A stretch of 64,000 nt of DNA from Octopus vulgaris (GCA_951406725.2 OX597819.1:65658001-65722000), one strand, 5' to 3'; counted from the stretch's first letter, positions 26,234 through 39,293 are shown. Notes: generated from the letters alone by a model not told the origin. Made by a program: numbers and translations.

Positions 26234-26535
26234 GTGAAGGCACGTGACTTAGTGGTTGAGGTGTTCGAAACACGATCTTAAGGTCATGAGTTCGATTTAT
26301 GGCAGCGCGTTTTGATCTTGAGCAAAACAATTTTAGCAGGCTAAAAAAAAATTGTACCTGTAATTCAATACGGCTAGTCTCGTCAAATTTTGTGTCATGC
26401 TGAATCTTACTGAGAACCACTTTTTGGGTATACATGACTGTGGAGTACTCAGCCACTTACATTTTAATCACACGAGCAGACTGTTCTGTTGTTGGGGCCA
26501 ACTGGAATCCGCATCATAGTAACCGACTGAGTGTC
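26234..26535 (+). mobile_element. SINE: F-type head + E-type tail
   Basis: Head ..TAGTGGTTGAGG..CACGATC..GAGTTCGAT..CTTGAGCAAAACA like 5551(-). Tail TTGTACCTGTA..CTCAGCCACTT..GTAACCGACTGAGTG like 9560-9740. Confidence 0.75.
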
Positions 26536-27101
26536 ATTAAAAAGAAAAAAAAAAACAAACAAAAAAGCAACAGAAGATATACAAGGGACCAGCTGGTAAA
26601 TTCCTCAAAGCGTCGGACAGAATCTCATGTGGTATTTCTTATGACCTGCTGGAGCCAATGTATAAATGTAACTGTGGTAAGCTTTGCCTTTCATCAATTC
26701 GGAATCGATTAAAAAGTACATGCAGAACTATAAGAACGTTAGACCGGATGCCCTGCGATATATTTTTTCTGGCTATGTGCATTGGGAATTCAGCTTTTGC
26801 CATGGCCTGTTTTAGGTGCTGGACGTAATTCGTCGTAGTTTAGCACCACATTACCGCCAACGTTACTACCCTAACGGCTTTAGCGGACGCTTATCTGATA
26901 CAAGCATTCGAGACACATTTTCGGTTTGAGAATACTTAATGTTTCTCCCGCACACCAGAATCGAACGCTTTGTAACTGGTTACAAGAACTGTAACTAATG
27001 GATAAATATAAATATATCCTTACTAAATGATAAATATATTTTACGCGCGCGCGCGCGCACACACACAGACACACAGACACACAGACACAGACACACACAC
27101 A

Positions 27102-27135
<34 letters not shown>

Positions 27136-27399
27136 GCTGTTTTGACATCTTTGCTGCTAGAATGTCCGTTATACTTCTCTGGTATTTCTCTCTAAATTCA
27201 TCTATTCTTTTTAAAATTATCACTTATTCATTATGCTGGTTGTTGAATAGATCACCAAGTTTTTTTTTTACCCTGTCTATTTATACCTGTCTAAAATTTC
27301 ACCTGAAACTGGAGGATTTATGCTATGATGTAAACTTTGCAAGCATCAAAAAAGCATTTTACAACAGCTGTTGTTAATGTGAAATCTGTGTGTGTTCTT

Positions 27400-27440
<41 letters not shown>

Positions 27441-27480
27441 TTACACGTATGTGTGTGTTGTGCATATGTCAGTCTATCTA

Positions 27481-27513
<33 letters not shown>

Positions 27514-27576
27514 ACATATATATATATATAGAGAGAGAGAGCTGGAGAGAAAGAGAGATAGAGAGAGAGATACATA

Positions 27577-27953
27577 CACTTGCGTCAGAAATTAATTAGC
27601 ACTTCTCAAATTTCTACATTAAATAGGTTAAATCAATTAACCTATGAGCTGTTCAAAACGTCTTACGCGATGAGAAAACTTAGTATGATGTGATTTCGGT
27701 CCTTGGGAGGCGCTACCTATATCTATTAAACAAAGAAAGATTTGTCTGCATCCGCACTCCAAGTTGTTGTTGCACTGCTATGTCAACATCATAAGGCTGT
27801 AGACTCTCAAACTGCTCTGCAAACAAAGTTACGTCATCGTTCTGCGCAACAGTGAACTCGCAACAAAGCAATAGTTCGAGATATGGCCACTAGGTGACAG
27901 CACATACCTTGAGTGAAGAGCAAATCAAGGGTGCTAATTAATTTCTGACGGTA

Positions 27954-27956
<3 letters not shown>
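27577..27956. mobile_element. Tc1/mariner-type MITE, 380 bp
   Basis: 26-bp TIRs CACTTGCGTCAGAAATTAATTAGCAC (27577-27602) and GTGCTAATTAATTTCTGACGGTAGTG (27931-27956), 24/26 match, flanked by TA on both sides. Confidence 0.88.
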
Positions 27957-28002
<46 letters not shown>

Positions 28003-28015
28003 CAGATGCATACGT

Positions 28016-28048
<33 letters not shown>

Positions 28049-28989
28049 TGGATTATAAACGTTCGTGCATTAACCTTGATGTATCAGTTTATAGATAATC
28101 CCAACATTGTTATATTATGTTAAATAATACGATTACTTCTTTGATATTTTTGTATAGTTAAGGTTGCTTACAGCGTAACACAGTATTTTCATTGTACTGA
28201 AGTATCCGAGGGCTTGTGATTGGAATTATCATCTGAGCATCGAAAAGTTACTTCGAAATATTTCTCCGGACACTTTATGTTCCGTGTTCAAATCCTGATT
28301 GATGACATTACCTTTTCACCTTGATTAACCATAATACCAAACATTACTCAACTCGCACTATTCTTGAAAAGTCGATGAAATAATGTATATGTCAAGTACT
28401 AAATTCATTGTTATCAACTAATCTCCTCCGTCTAATAAAAGGTTGACCATGTGCCTAAAGCAGAAAACATTATGCTGTATGTTTTGATTGTGTCTCCTTT
28501 TTGCTTCCATAGTTAAGCTTTTTAAAAGAGAACCACTCGAACGGACATCGTAACTTGCAGGATTAATATTATAGATTAGTGGAAACATTGCGTAATCTTG
28601 AGTATTTACGATGAAAACACCCACAAGGTTTCCTTCGTATTAAACATTCTTACTTCAGATCAATTGATATAATTCTCGATGGGAAACGGTATCTGGTCCC
28701 TTCTCAGGAAACTAATGGTGGCTGGTGAAATACCAGCATGTTGACCAGGTAAAATTATTTTCTTTCTCGAGCTTTAAACAGTATAAATAAAAGCCTGTCA
28801 ACACTAAACCTATGCATTCTTTATGATCTATGAAAGGAATACATTGACTTATGATTCTTTAAAATTCCCCGGCCAAATATAATGTTACTCTATACACTCA
28901 ACACCAATGTTTATTTTAATAAGAAATTTCCATCATAGAAACTCCAGGAATATATTCGTAGTTAAATATAACCGATTCCGATGTTGTTG

Positions 28990-29048
<59 letters not shown>

Positions 29049-29306
29049 GCCGTCATCGTCAGTTTTGTTGATGTTGTTGCTGAGGTTGTTGTTGTTCAGA
29101 CCAATGCAGGAAATATAATACCAAAAGTAGAATCTTTTATCCTTTTCACATGCCAATACTAATCTCTATGGGAGATTATCAATAACTAACCAAAAATACT
29201 GCTGCATTATGCCATTCCTTCAGTTCCATTCTTCCGGACATAAATCATTCAGACATATTTTAAACCTGAAAACAACTACAATACCAATAACAACAACACC
29301 AATATC

Positions 29307-29351
<45 letters not shown>

Positions 29352-29556
29352 TTTTGATTCTGATATTGACGATGACAATGATATTGATATTTGTGATGAT
29401 GGAAATGATGAGGAAAAGAAGGAAAGATAGGAAGAAGAGAACGGGAAGGAGTGAAAGGGGAAGTGGTGGTAGAAAAATGAGACGGATGAAATAGCTTCCC
29501 TACATTGGGGAAAAGGTGACATTAATCATAATAACGATAATGATACTGATGATAAA

Positions 29557-29680
29557 ACTGGTATGCGGAAAGTATTAGCTAGCTGAACAGAACGAATACC
29601 ATGGTACCGCAGGATGCAGGTAGTAAGCCCACTACGCATGCAAGACTATAGGAGCTCCAACAAAACCTGTGATAAAGAGA
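29557..29680 (+). mobile_element. Possible extreme 3' end of an R4/Dong-like element (different 3' UTR)
   Basis: Encodes GMRKVLAS* (cf. ILRKVL C-terminus), then ~90 bp and a (GAT)n tail. Confidence 0.35.
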
Positions 29681-29744
29681 TGATGATGATAATAATGATA
29701 ATGTTGATGATGATGATAATAATAATATAATAATAATAATAAGA

Positions 29745-29983
29745 AGAAGAAAGTATTCGATAGTGAAGAAAGAAAATTTGATAGATATGACAGGATAGCT
29801 TGGGAGGTGCCCTAGGAACAGTGTGTAAAAATCTTGAGAACAAAATGGAACAAATAGGGGCTGTAATAAGGATGGAACACCTGCAAAAAACCGCTCGAAT
29901 ACTACGGATGGTGCTCGAAAAATAAAGGGTCTTACCTTAGTTCACTGGTAGTGGACACCGTTAGAAGCCGTGCAAAGGCAATG

Positions 29984-29985
<2 letters not shown>
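29745..29985 (+). mobile_element. 5'-truncated R4/Dong-like non-LTR element, internally deleted
   Basis: Homologous to 30040-30370; encodes ..ALGTVCKNLENKMEQIGAVIRMEHLQK/TARILRMVLEK*; flanked by (AAT)n. Confidence 0.8.
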
Positions 29986-30014
<29 letters not shown>

Positions 30015-30039
30015 CGATGATGATAATAGTAATAATAAC

Positions 30040-30370
30040 GACAAGGTATGCGATAGGGAACAAAGAAAAGTCGACAGATATGACAGGATAACTTGGGAGG
30101 TTAAGCAGTTGTGGTCGATGAAAAAAGTGGTAGTAGAACCAATAATTGTCGGAGCCCTGGCAACAGTGTGTAAAAATATTGAGAAGGACATGGAACAAAT
30201 AGGGGCTGCAATAAGGGTGGAACACTTGTAGAAAACAGCACTGCTTGGAATCGCTCGAATACTCTGGGTGGTGTTCGAAAAATTAAGAGTGTTACCTTAG
30301 TTCACTGGTAGTGAACAGCTGGCACCGTAGTACATCTCCAGCGTTAGAAGCTGTGCAAAGACAATAGAAA
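30040..30370 (+). mobile_element. 5'-truncated R4/Dong-like (RLE-type) non-LTR element
   Basis: Translates DREQRKVDRYDRITWEVKQLWSMKKVVVEPIIVGALATVCKNIEKDMEQIG..EHL*KTALLGIARILWVVF. This matches the R4/Dong endonuclease C-terminus (K..KY..L..E...LW..VPIVIGALG..LQK.ALLGTARIL). Short 3' UTR and (AAT)n on both sides. Confidence 0.85.
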
Positions 30371-30414
30371 ATAATAATAATAATAATAAATTTAATAATA
30401 ATAATAATAATGGA

Positions 30415-30760
30415 TTCAAATTTTTGGTACAAGGCCAGTAATTTCGGGGCGTTCTCATTCACTTCGTAATTTATCGACCCCAAAATGGATGAAAGGCAAA
30501 GTCGACCTCAGCGGAATTTGAGCTTAGAATAAAAAACAAAAATGCCGGACGAAATTCTGCTAAGCATTTTGCTCAGCATGCTAACGATTCAGCCAACTCA
30601 CCGCCTTGGTAATTACATGGACCCTAGTGTTAAATAATGATTTCGGGGTCGATACTTACTGTATCGACACCGAAAGCATGAAAGTTAAATCAGAAATTAA
30701 AGTCGGAAGAAATACCACTAAGCATTTTGTTTGCCGTGTTAATGATCCTCCCTCGTCGCC
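30415..30760 (-). mobile_element. Two family B copies (one partial)
   Basis: GGATGAAAGGCAAAGTCGACCTCAGCGGAATTTGA..CTAAGCATTTT..CCGCCTT, with a second degenerate unit at 30655-30760. Confidence 0.78.
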
Positions 30761-32238
30761 AATAATAATATAAAAAATGACATGTAAAATCCTCTTGTAA
30801 AGAAGATACGTACATTGGGTCAATCAAGTGTCTCTATAGGTTTTGCATTACTCTGACCACCAGGAGCCAGGGACTCCACACAGCTGCCATTTTATGGTCT
30901 ACTATCGTACACATATTCATAGAATTATGCTTACTACATTCACCAGCATGCCAATAAATTTACTGAGGTAGCAAACGCCCCCTTTTCACCTTCATTGTTT
31001 TTCCTTCAAAATGAACTCTAAAACAATAAGTGGCGGCTTAACCGATAAATTCTTTCAGTTCGTCATACAATTTCTTTCAACTTAGCCACAAAGCAAATAA
31101 AGCTTATAGCTCTTACCATTTAAACGACGGAATGTTATCGACGATGGATTTAACCAGTAGCAGGCCCTGGACACTGAACGAATGTGCAACGAGAGGATCA
31201 GCTGGCGACACAGACGTTGCTTTAGGGTTTATCGAGTGGCAGCAATGCTGTACCGTAGCGGATAAGGAATTTCTTGATGTCATCCCTAACTCTTGGTCTT
31301 AAACTGCTCTGCAATCGACCAGTCAGTGGATAGTTGCCGATGTACTTCCATAGATGTTCTGTCGTGAATGTCGCCACACTTCCTCATAACTAGCATTCAT
31401 TGGGACGTTACTGTGGAAGTTTGACTGACAGAAATGCTCCACAGACGAAAGACTATTAGCGTCTGATAAAATTATAGCTATCATACTCTTACTTTTTGTC
31501 CTCTGCGGCTCCGTCAAGAGAAAATTGTGCGATATCGTGCTAGAAAAGGGACCAGACTTTCTTAATGTATATGAATCGTATTACATATCACACCATCTGT
31601 GCAAAATGTGTCACATAGTTACAAGGCTTCAATTCATCTGGGTGAGGGAACGTAGCATTATTTCAGTCCTCTAGAATTTCACTGATACAATTTGGTTGAC
31701 TCGACGTTGTCCGAAACACATCTTCGTAAATGTAAGAAACCAAAGCTAGAGAAAATGATAAATAGGCAAAGATAACAACCTGTTCTCTTAAGAAAGATGG
31801 GATTAGGACATCTGGAGATCCAGACTGGATTCGTTTTTAGTTAAGAAATGTTTATTGTTTTCCGTTGAAGCATATCATCTTTTGTGTCCTCATATTGTCG
31901 TTATTTATACAACTTGAGTGGAGTTCGTTTTGCCTCTAGATATAAAAAAATATTTGACTGAAAATCTTCATTACCTACTAGCCACATTCTTTTATTGCTA
32001 TTTTCAATGTCTGTCTTCGATGAACAGTCTGTCATATGTATTTCTAGGTTATTTCTATATATATTATTCTCTGAGTCACTGATTTATATTTTGCTTTTGC
32101 ATCTACAAAAAGGTTTATTTTCTAAATATAGAAATACATGTCAAAGTACGTTTGCCAATCGCATTTACAGACGCCCCCCCCCCCACAAACATATCGATTA
32201 TCAAGTATAGTCATCTAACATATTTTATTGGAAATGTG

Positions 32239-32297
<59 letters not shown>

Positions 32298-32818
32298 TTA
32301 TGAATGTGTGTATGTATAAACAGTTTAGGACGACATAAGTGGCCCTAATATTTAGGCCCTCAGATGTGTTGACGATCTATCGTCTGCTTTCCGTTTCTTA
32401 GGCTTTATGTTTTACGATCTTTCACTCACCTTGTGTTGTGCCTGATTCTAAAGGACACGGAATTGCAAAGGATCACTCGATGTAGATTTAAGTACGTGGA
32501 ATATGCGGGAACAATTATCCACCCGATTATACATGCATACGTTCATTGAGTGACTACATATATGATTTATTAGATGAGTGTTTACGTTACTAAATTGGCT
32601 TATAGAAGAGCGACTAGGAGATAATGACGTCTCGTAGTAAAAGCAATTTCTACACATTGTTCTTTAAGCAACTCCACTTGAAAGTTGTTTTACTTTGAGT
32701 ATACAATAGTAAGTTGAGCTAGAGCAAGGCAAATATCAATCTCCTAGTGGGTCAATTTGCTCTTCAGAAAATAGCTTTTGGAATTTCTATAAACACACAT
32801 GCACATCCATAAACAGAT

Positions 32819-32854
<36 letters not shown>

Positions 32855-32975
32855 CCATACAAATACAGACACGGAGACACATTCAATGACAAATATATAT
32901 AGATATATATTATTTCTATTATTATTTATTATTTGATTGAGCGCCACGCATCCATTTCCAAGTAAGTTCATCTTA

Positions 32976-33026
<51 letters not shown>

Positions 33027-33127
33027 ATAAAGTATAAAAGCCATCTCATTATGGCTAACCATATGGCTTTTATACTTTACATTGTCGAGCGATTAATGTT
33101 TACATCTCGTTCTGAGATTTGATAATG

Positions 33128-33192
<65 letters not shown>

Positions 33193-33907
33193 GTTTGTAT
33201 ACATGTAGTAGAAACAGCTTATGATCATATGGGGATAGTGCAGTTTCAAAACCGATAACCGGCTAATGACATTAAGTAGAGGGTATTATTACAATATATT
33301 GAACGTGTTATGGATCCTCTCACCGTTCGCTAAAATTATCTGCTATCATAATAAATGCTGAGGCATGCTATTGTTCAGACTTTTATATGTTACCTAGTCT
33401 GGCTCCTGCAATTATATGTGACATGCGAGGTTGTTGATTATTTGCATAACAGTAGAAAGTGGATATATATGGAGATTTTAACATCGATTGTTATGTTTAT
33501 TGCGTGACACACATCATGTGAGTTACATGATTGCATAATGTTTCTACTACGGTTATGCAATTATTTCGGTACATTGCTGAAACGCGTGTATGTCCTATCA
33601 ATCACTTAATGCCACATTTTTTCTGCTCATTATTCTTATATGTATGTGTGTGTATAAATGGCGTGCATGATCATATTATTTCTTGCTTTAATCATCAGGA
33701 ATTATTTTCAAGTGTTTAACTCGGTTATATCGACCGTATTGTTTCCTTTTGAACTTATTTTATGGGTGTCATAAAACTGCGGGGTGTGTGCAAAAAATTG
33801 CAAGACAAGCTTAAGTTTAAAAATGGCAATACAAGAGCCGAATGGAATATATTAACCTCAAATAGTTTAACCCATATAGCTGTAGAGAAAGAATTTGTAT
33901 AGTAATC

Positions 33908-34241
33908 TTATCTTTTATTTGTTTCAGCTATTAGGCTCTGGCCATGCTGGAATACCGGCTTGAAGAATTTTGGTCGAACCAATCGACGTTTTTTTTTATA
34001 AGCCTAGTACACCATTCTGAGTATTTTTTACCGAACCACTAAATAGGAAGAACCTAAACATAGTGGTTGTGAAATGGTGGGTAGAGGGAACAGACACAAA
34101 GACACACACACACACACACACGGGCTTCTTTCCATTTCTGTCTGCCAAAATCACCCACGAAGCTTTGCTTCGGTCAGCTATATATAATAGAAGAAACTTG
34201 CCCAAGGTGTTACGCAATGGGACTGGAAGAGAAACCATGAT
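33908..34241 (-). mobile_element. SINE family A, diverged and 5'-truncated
   Basis: GGCCATGCTGGA..TAAGCCTAGTAC..ACGGGCTTCTTTC..CTTGCCCAAGGTG. Confidence 0.8.
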
Positions 34242-35039
34242 GTAATATTAAACATATTAGAGTGAACGCGTTTTGTGCCAACAACTTTAAATTACAAGGG
34301 AAAATAATTACAAGGTCGTAACCATTAAGAAAAAAAAACAAATAACCAAAAATATTATAAGTTAGTGACTTACGTTAACGTAATGGTTTTGGCAATCACT
34401 GGAAACAACTACCATCTTGTTTCGGTCTAGCTATATTTTTATCAGCGAATCATAGACAACATCTTACATGTTGATGTAGGAATAGAAGGAACACTACCAG
34501 GATATGCAAGCTTTTATTATTGGTTGATGTTGAAAAACAAAATTAAAATTCTTTCCAGGAGTTATCGTATGATAAATAATATTTTACGTTAAAGAAATAA
34601 ATATCTTATCAGATTAATAAAAAAAATATTGATATCAATTACTACACCTTAAATAGACGTTCTTCCTCAGATTGTAGACTTCAAAAGCCAATGAGTAAAT
34701 CACCACGTGATCACCATGTCTGTTAGAGATAACACTAATATTCCACAAAATACATCTTGAATTCTGAAACAGAAAAGGGTATTGTACAATTAAGTCTTGC
34801 ATATATAAGTATTATGAAGAACTGAATGCTTTCGTATAAGAGTGATCTTTCGTTAAAGCAGCGAGAACGATTACGTAAAGCATTTAATGAATCAGTGAAT
34901 TACAGGAGCATTTTAAATAATCAGGCTGTTCAGAAAAAATATATGCCACAATAAATTTACTTTTTCATTCAAACACAGATAAATATATAGTTATTGTGGG
35001 CATAAATGTATGTTTTTTTTTATATATGTGCGTATTTTC

Positions 35040-35198
35040 ATTCCCTCTCTCTTTATTTTCTCTTAACCCTTTCTGTTGAAGAGCGTAGGCTCGAAACGTA
35101 AAAAACTTTTCCATTTTTCCCAAGCGTCAAACCAATACACTTGCTTCTTGTTCATACCCCTGACTTTGTCTTTTGTTTTCCTATAAATTTCAACTGCA
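35040..35198 (+). mobile_element. Family D (Penelope pLTR-like) with hammerhead-like motif 35069-35104
   Basis: TTT CTGTTGA A GAGC gtag GCTC GAAA CGTA AAA; homologous to 35716, 42310 and 42516. Confidence 0.7.
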
Positions 35199-35325
35199 TA
35201 AGCATACATACATATATTACACACACACACACTCACACACACACATATATATATATATATTAAAAAACAAACCCGAAAAGCTACTATGGAAAGCTCATAG
35301 AATAACTGTAGATAATATATATATA

Positions 35326-35693
35326 TAGTAGAACCTCGCAGTACGAGTGCACCACTGTACGAGTAGTTTGCTGTACAAGCCGAGACTCGTGCGATATATT
35401 TTTCTTGAAGTACGAGCAGAAATCCGCTATACGAGTACACAAATAGATCCATCTTTAAGGTAATTCACTTAATAAAACCAATTCACATTTCTTTTGCTTC
35501 CTCTAATTTATAGTTGTAATTTTACTTGTAAGTACACCTTTTCAGTTTTAAAGCCCATAAAAAATTATTTTGGGTGGTATTTGAGGGGCTGGAACAGACT
35601 AATTACAGTTTAGTGAATTATGGAAAATTGATTTGTAAAACGAGTAAATCGTAAGACGAGCTTGATCATGGAATGAATTAAGCTCATACTGCG
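35326..35693. mobile_element. Tigger/pogo-like MITE
   Basis: Left end TAGTAGAACCTCGCAGTACGAGT after (TA)n. Right end GAATGAATTAAGCTCATACTGCG is a partial inverse. Internal ACGAG subrepeats. Confidence 0.65.
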
Positions 35694-35715
35694 TGTGTGT
35701 GTGTGTGTGTGTGTG

Positions 35716-35916
35716 TAGTTGGAATTTACAAAAAAGATAAATAAATAAAAGACGAAGACGGGTGTGTAAACAACAAACAGATGTATTAGTTTAACGCTCG
35801 GGAAGTGAGAAAGTATTTTACGTTTCGAGCCTACGCTCTTCAACAGAAACGAACACAAATAAGCACAGAGAGATAATAAAAAGATTTAGTGACTAGCGAT
35901 CAATCATGGCGAATGC

Positions 35917-35920
<4 letters not shown>
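35716..35920 (-). mobile_element. Family D with hammerhead-like motif 35816-35850
   Basis: TTTTACGTTTCGAGCCTACGCTCTTCAACAGAAA is the exact reverse complement of the motif at 35070-35103. Confidence 0.72.
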
Positions 35921-35973
<53 letters not shown>

Positions 35974-36306
35974 TTAAGGTTATAACAGAAACATAACATG
36001 AACAAAGAGAAAGGCACTCAAAACATGTTGCTTATTTCCAAGTTTCGGTAGACGAGACTTCGCAAACATTTCCAAATACCAACTCCAGCAACAGTCACCC
36101 ATCTTTGTATGCGTATGTGTTTACATGTGTGTTTGCATGTGTGTGCGTGTGTGAGTGCGCGAGCGAGTGCGAGCGAGTGTGAGTACATACATATGTGACT
36201 GAGTGGATATATATACGTATATACGTTTCTGTGGGTGTTTCATATATACATGTTCATACGTTCACACACACAACGACATACATACACGTGTATGTATGTA
36301 TGTATA

Positions 36307-36340
<34 letters not shown>

Positions 36341-36496
36341 CATACATGCACGTGTATGTATGTATATATGTGTGTGTATGTGTGTGTATATATATATATA
36401 TATACATACATGCACGTGTATGTATGTATATATATGTGTGTGTATGTGTGTATATATATATATATATATACATGTATAGATATATATATATAGTCT

Positions 36497-36562
36497 TTTA
36501 TTCTTTTACTCTTTTACTTGTTTCAGTCATTTGACTGCGGCCATGCTGGAGCACTACTTTAG
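36497..36562 (-). mobile_element. SINE family A 3' end fragment
   Basis: CTTTTACTCTTTTACTTGTTTCAGTCATTTGACTGCGGCCATGCTGGAGCAC. Confidence 0.8.
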
Positions 36563-36665
36563 TATGCTTCTATTATGTATACATGCATATGTGCATGTGC
36601 ATATGTGTGTATGTATTTAGCATATGTAAGCGCCTATGAATCTGTGTGTTTACGTGTGAATGTAG

Positions 36666-36701
<36 letters not shown>

Positions 36702-37288
36702 TGGCACCATTTGTAAGAGCCGTAGTATGAAACTAGAGAAAATTTGAGCTCTTCACCTTTCACATCTATCATAATGATATCCATTTTCTCGTTTTGTTGC
36801 TTCTAATTATGAATTTCTCACCAGAAGCATGCAAAAGATATGTGACACCACATAAAGATTGCCAACCGGTAAATTGGCCCAAATACTTTCACGCTCAACG
36901 CCACCTCAATCAGCAGCACCATCGCTAATACCACCACCATTTCTGCTAGCTTTTCAACCTTCACTATCACCACCGATCCTACTAATACATTAAGGAATGC
37001 AAAAGAGCTAAATGAAACACGGTAGTAGGGATGATATCTTTGCTGTATATAAACCTCTATTATTCAGAAATTTCGATACTCACCTAAACATAGGCATGTC
37101 TACATACATACATACAAACATGCGTGTAGACAAAACGTCGCCGTTCCTCATATTGCTTTTTGTCCTGTGTTTTTTCTTTTTACTTACTATTGTGTATTTC
37201 TCTCTTATGGTGTGTCCTCATTTAGCTTTAGCTATACGCAGTACATTACGCAGAACCTTCGTGATTACTAACAGTATTATTTGCTCCG

Positions 37289-37515
37289 CTAGCTGGCAGA
37301 AACGTTAGCACGCCGGGCGAAATGCTTAGCTGTATTTCGTCAGTCGCTACATTCTGAGTTCAAATTCTGCCGAGGTCGACTTTGCCTTTCATCCATTCGG
37401 GGTCGATTAAATAAATACCAGTTACGCACCGGGGTCGATATAATCGACTTAATCCGTTTGTCTGTCCTTGTTTGTCTCTCTGTGTGTAGCCCCTTGTGGG
37501 CAGTAAAGAAATAAG
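37289..37515 (+). mobile_element. SINE family B (left unit of the dimer type)
   Basis: AGCTGGCAGAAACGTTAGCACGCCGGGCGAAATGC..AAAGAAATA. Confidence 0.9.
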
Positions 37516-37629
37516 ATATATGTGGTCGTATAACCTCGTGTGTATCTATGTATGTTTAAGTATGCGTATGTATTAGGTTACATGGAGAAAAAAGTTTGAT
37601 AGTGACTTCAAATTCGCAAATAATATAAT

Positions 37630-37845
37630 CTGTTCTAGTCTAGGCACAAATCCCGAAATCTTCGATGAGGGGGCCAGTCGATTATATCTAACCCCAGTAC
37701 GCAACTGGTACTTAATTTAGCGACCCCGAAAGGATGGAAGATAAAATTGACCTCGGCGGAATTTGAACTCAGAATATAAAGACTGACGAAATACCGCTAA
37801 GCATTTCACCCGGCGTGCTAACGTTTCTGCCAGCTCTCCGCATTC
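37630..37845 (-). mobile_element. SINE family B monomer
   Basis: Reverse complement of family B from tail (CTAGGCACAA) to head (TTCTGCCAGCT). Confidence 0.9.
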
Positions 37846-38002
37846 GACGATACACAAATAATATAATGCAGCATTAGTCGTTAAAATAACTGACGGACTC
37901 CATATTATTTCCTTATTTGATTCAATTTCTTAACAGAAACGCTGTATAAGTGCAAAACTATTGAAACAAATGCCGCGAGAGACGGGATTATTATTACATT
38001 CG

Positions 38003-38382
38003 TTGTACTCCATCGGTTACGGTGACGGGGGTTGCAGTTGATCAAATCAATGGAACAGCCTGCTCGTGAAATTAGCGTGCAAGTGGCTGAGCATTCCACA
38101 GACACGTGTGCCCTCAACGTAGTTCTCGGGGAGATTGAGCGTGACACAGCGTGTGACAAGGCTGGCTCTTTGAAATACAGGTACAACAGAAATAGGAAGA
38201 AAGAGTGAGAGAAAACTGTGGTGAAAGAGTACAGCAGGGTTTGCCAATACCTCCAGCCAGAGCCTTCTGGAACTTTACGTGTTTATCTCTATAAACACTT
38301 ACGACGCTCGGTCTGGGAATCGAAACCGCGATTCTACGAACGCGAGTCCGCTGCCCTAACCACTAGGCCATTGCGCCTCCAC
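38003..38382 (-). mobile_element. SINE family E, full length, probable TSD
   Basis: Reverse complement of 9385-9745; flanks ATTATTACATT (37990-38000) and ATTATCACATT (38383-38393). Confidence 0.92.
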
Positions 38383-39233
38383 ATTATCACATTATGTTAA
38401 TGATATCATGCAGATGTTCCTTGTGACCTCCACATAAGTTTCACTTTATTCTATGCTTCTTTGGTTACTGCAAAAATAGGAGACATTTGCTGGTTGCTTG
38501 AAATTCGCCCTGTTAAGGTAAAAGACATGCTCTCTTTCCTCCATGATGGTGCTGGTAGTAGTGGTGGAGGTGGTGGTGTTGTTGGTGGTGTTTGGTGTTC
38601 GAGAAAAGTTTTATGAAGTTACCATTTGAATGGTGTGAAATAGTCAGTTACTTGGTGAGTTAATTAGTTAATTTGCTAGTTAGCTAGCAGCAGCAGCAGC
38701 AGCAGTAAAAGCATTGGTAGCAGCAGAAGCCGTAGTAGTGGTGGTGGTGGTAGTAGTAGTAGTGGTGGTGGTGCCATAATCGTCAGTAGCAGCAGCTATA
38801 GTAGTTTTAGTAGTAGGATGGGTGGAGGAGGAAGTGAAGAGGTCGTGGATGTGACGGCGGAGGCGACGGTGTTTTGTGGTTGTGGAGTTCGCGGTGGTGA
38901 TGGTGGTGGTGGTGGTAATGTTCGTCGTCGCCTTCATCACAGTAAGTTATGGATGTTGCCGGTGAAGGCAACATCGCCGGTGGTGAATGATGAAGTGGTG
39001 GTGGTGGTTGTGGTGTTGGTGGCGGGGTTTGGGGTGAGAGAGGGAAGAAGATGGAAAAAGTTGTTCCATAAACATTAAATGAAATCAATAAACAATCGCT
39101 TTCGCGTAACCTGTTTTAGCATTCATATTAATTGACGTGTCTCAACACAGACACATACATCACCATCACGCACATGCGCACAATTACCCACAAACACACA
39201 CAGGCATATTATATATCTCTCTCTCCCATATTA

Positions 39234-39293
<60 letters not shown>

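Noticed and set aside
28659-28748. 90-nt segment between a good acceptor (TTCAG) and donor (CAG|GTAAAA)
   Set aside because: Stops in all three frames and no other support.
31320-31750. Possible mariner remnants (also 27133-27370, 33780-33900, 54760-55200)
   Set aside because: Only vague TIR or peptide resemblance; no paired TIRs or catalytic motifs established.
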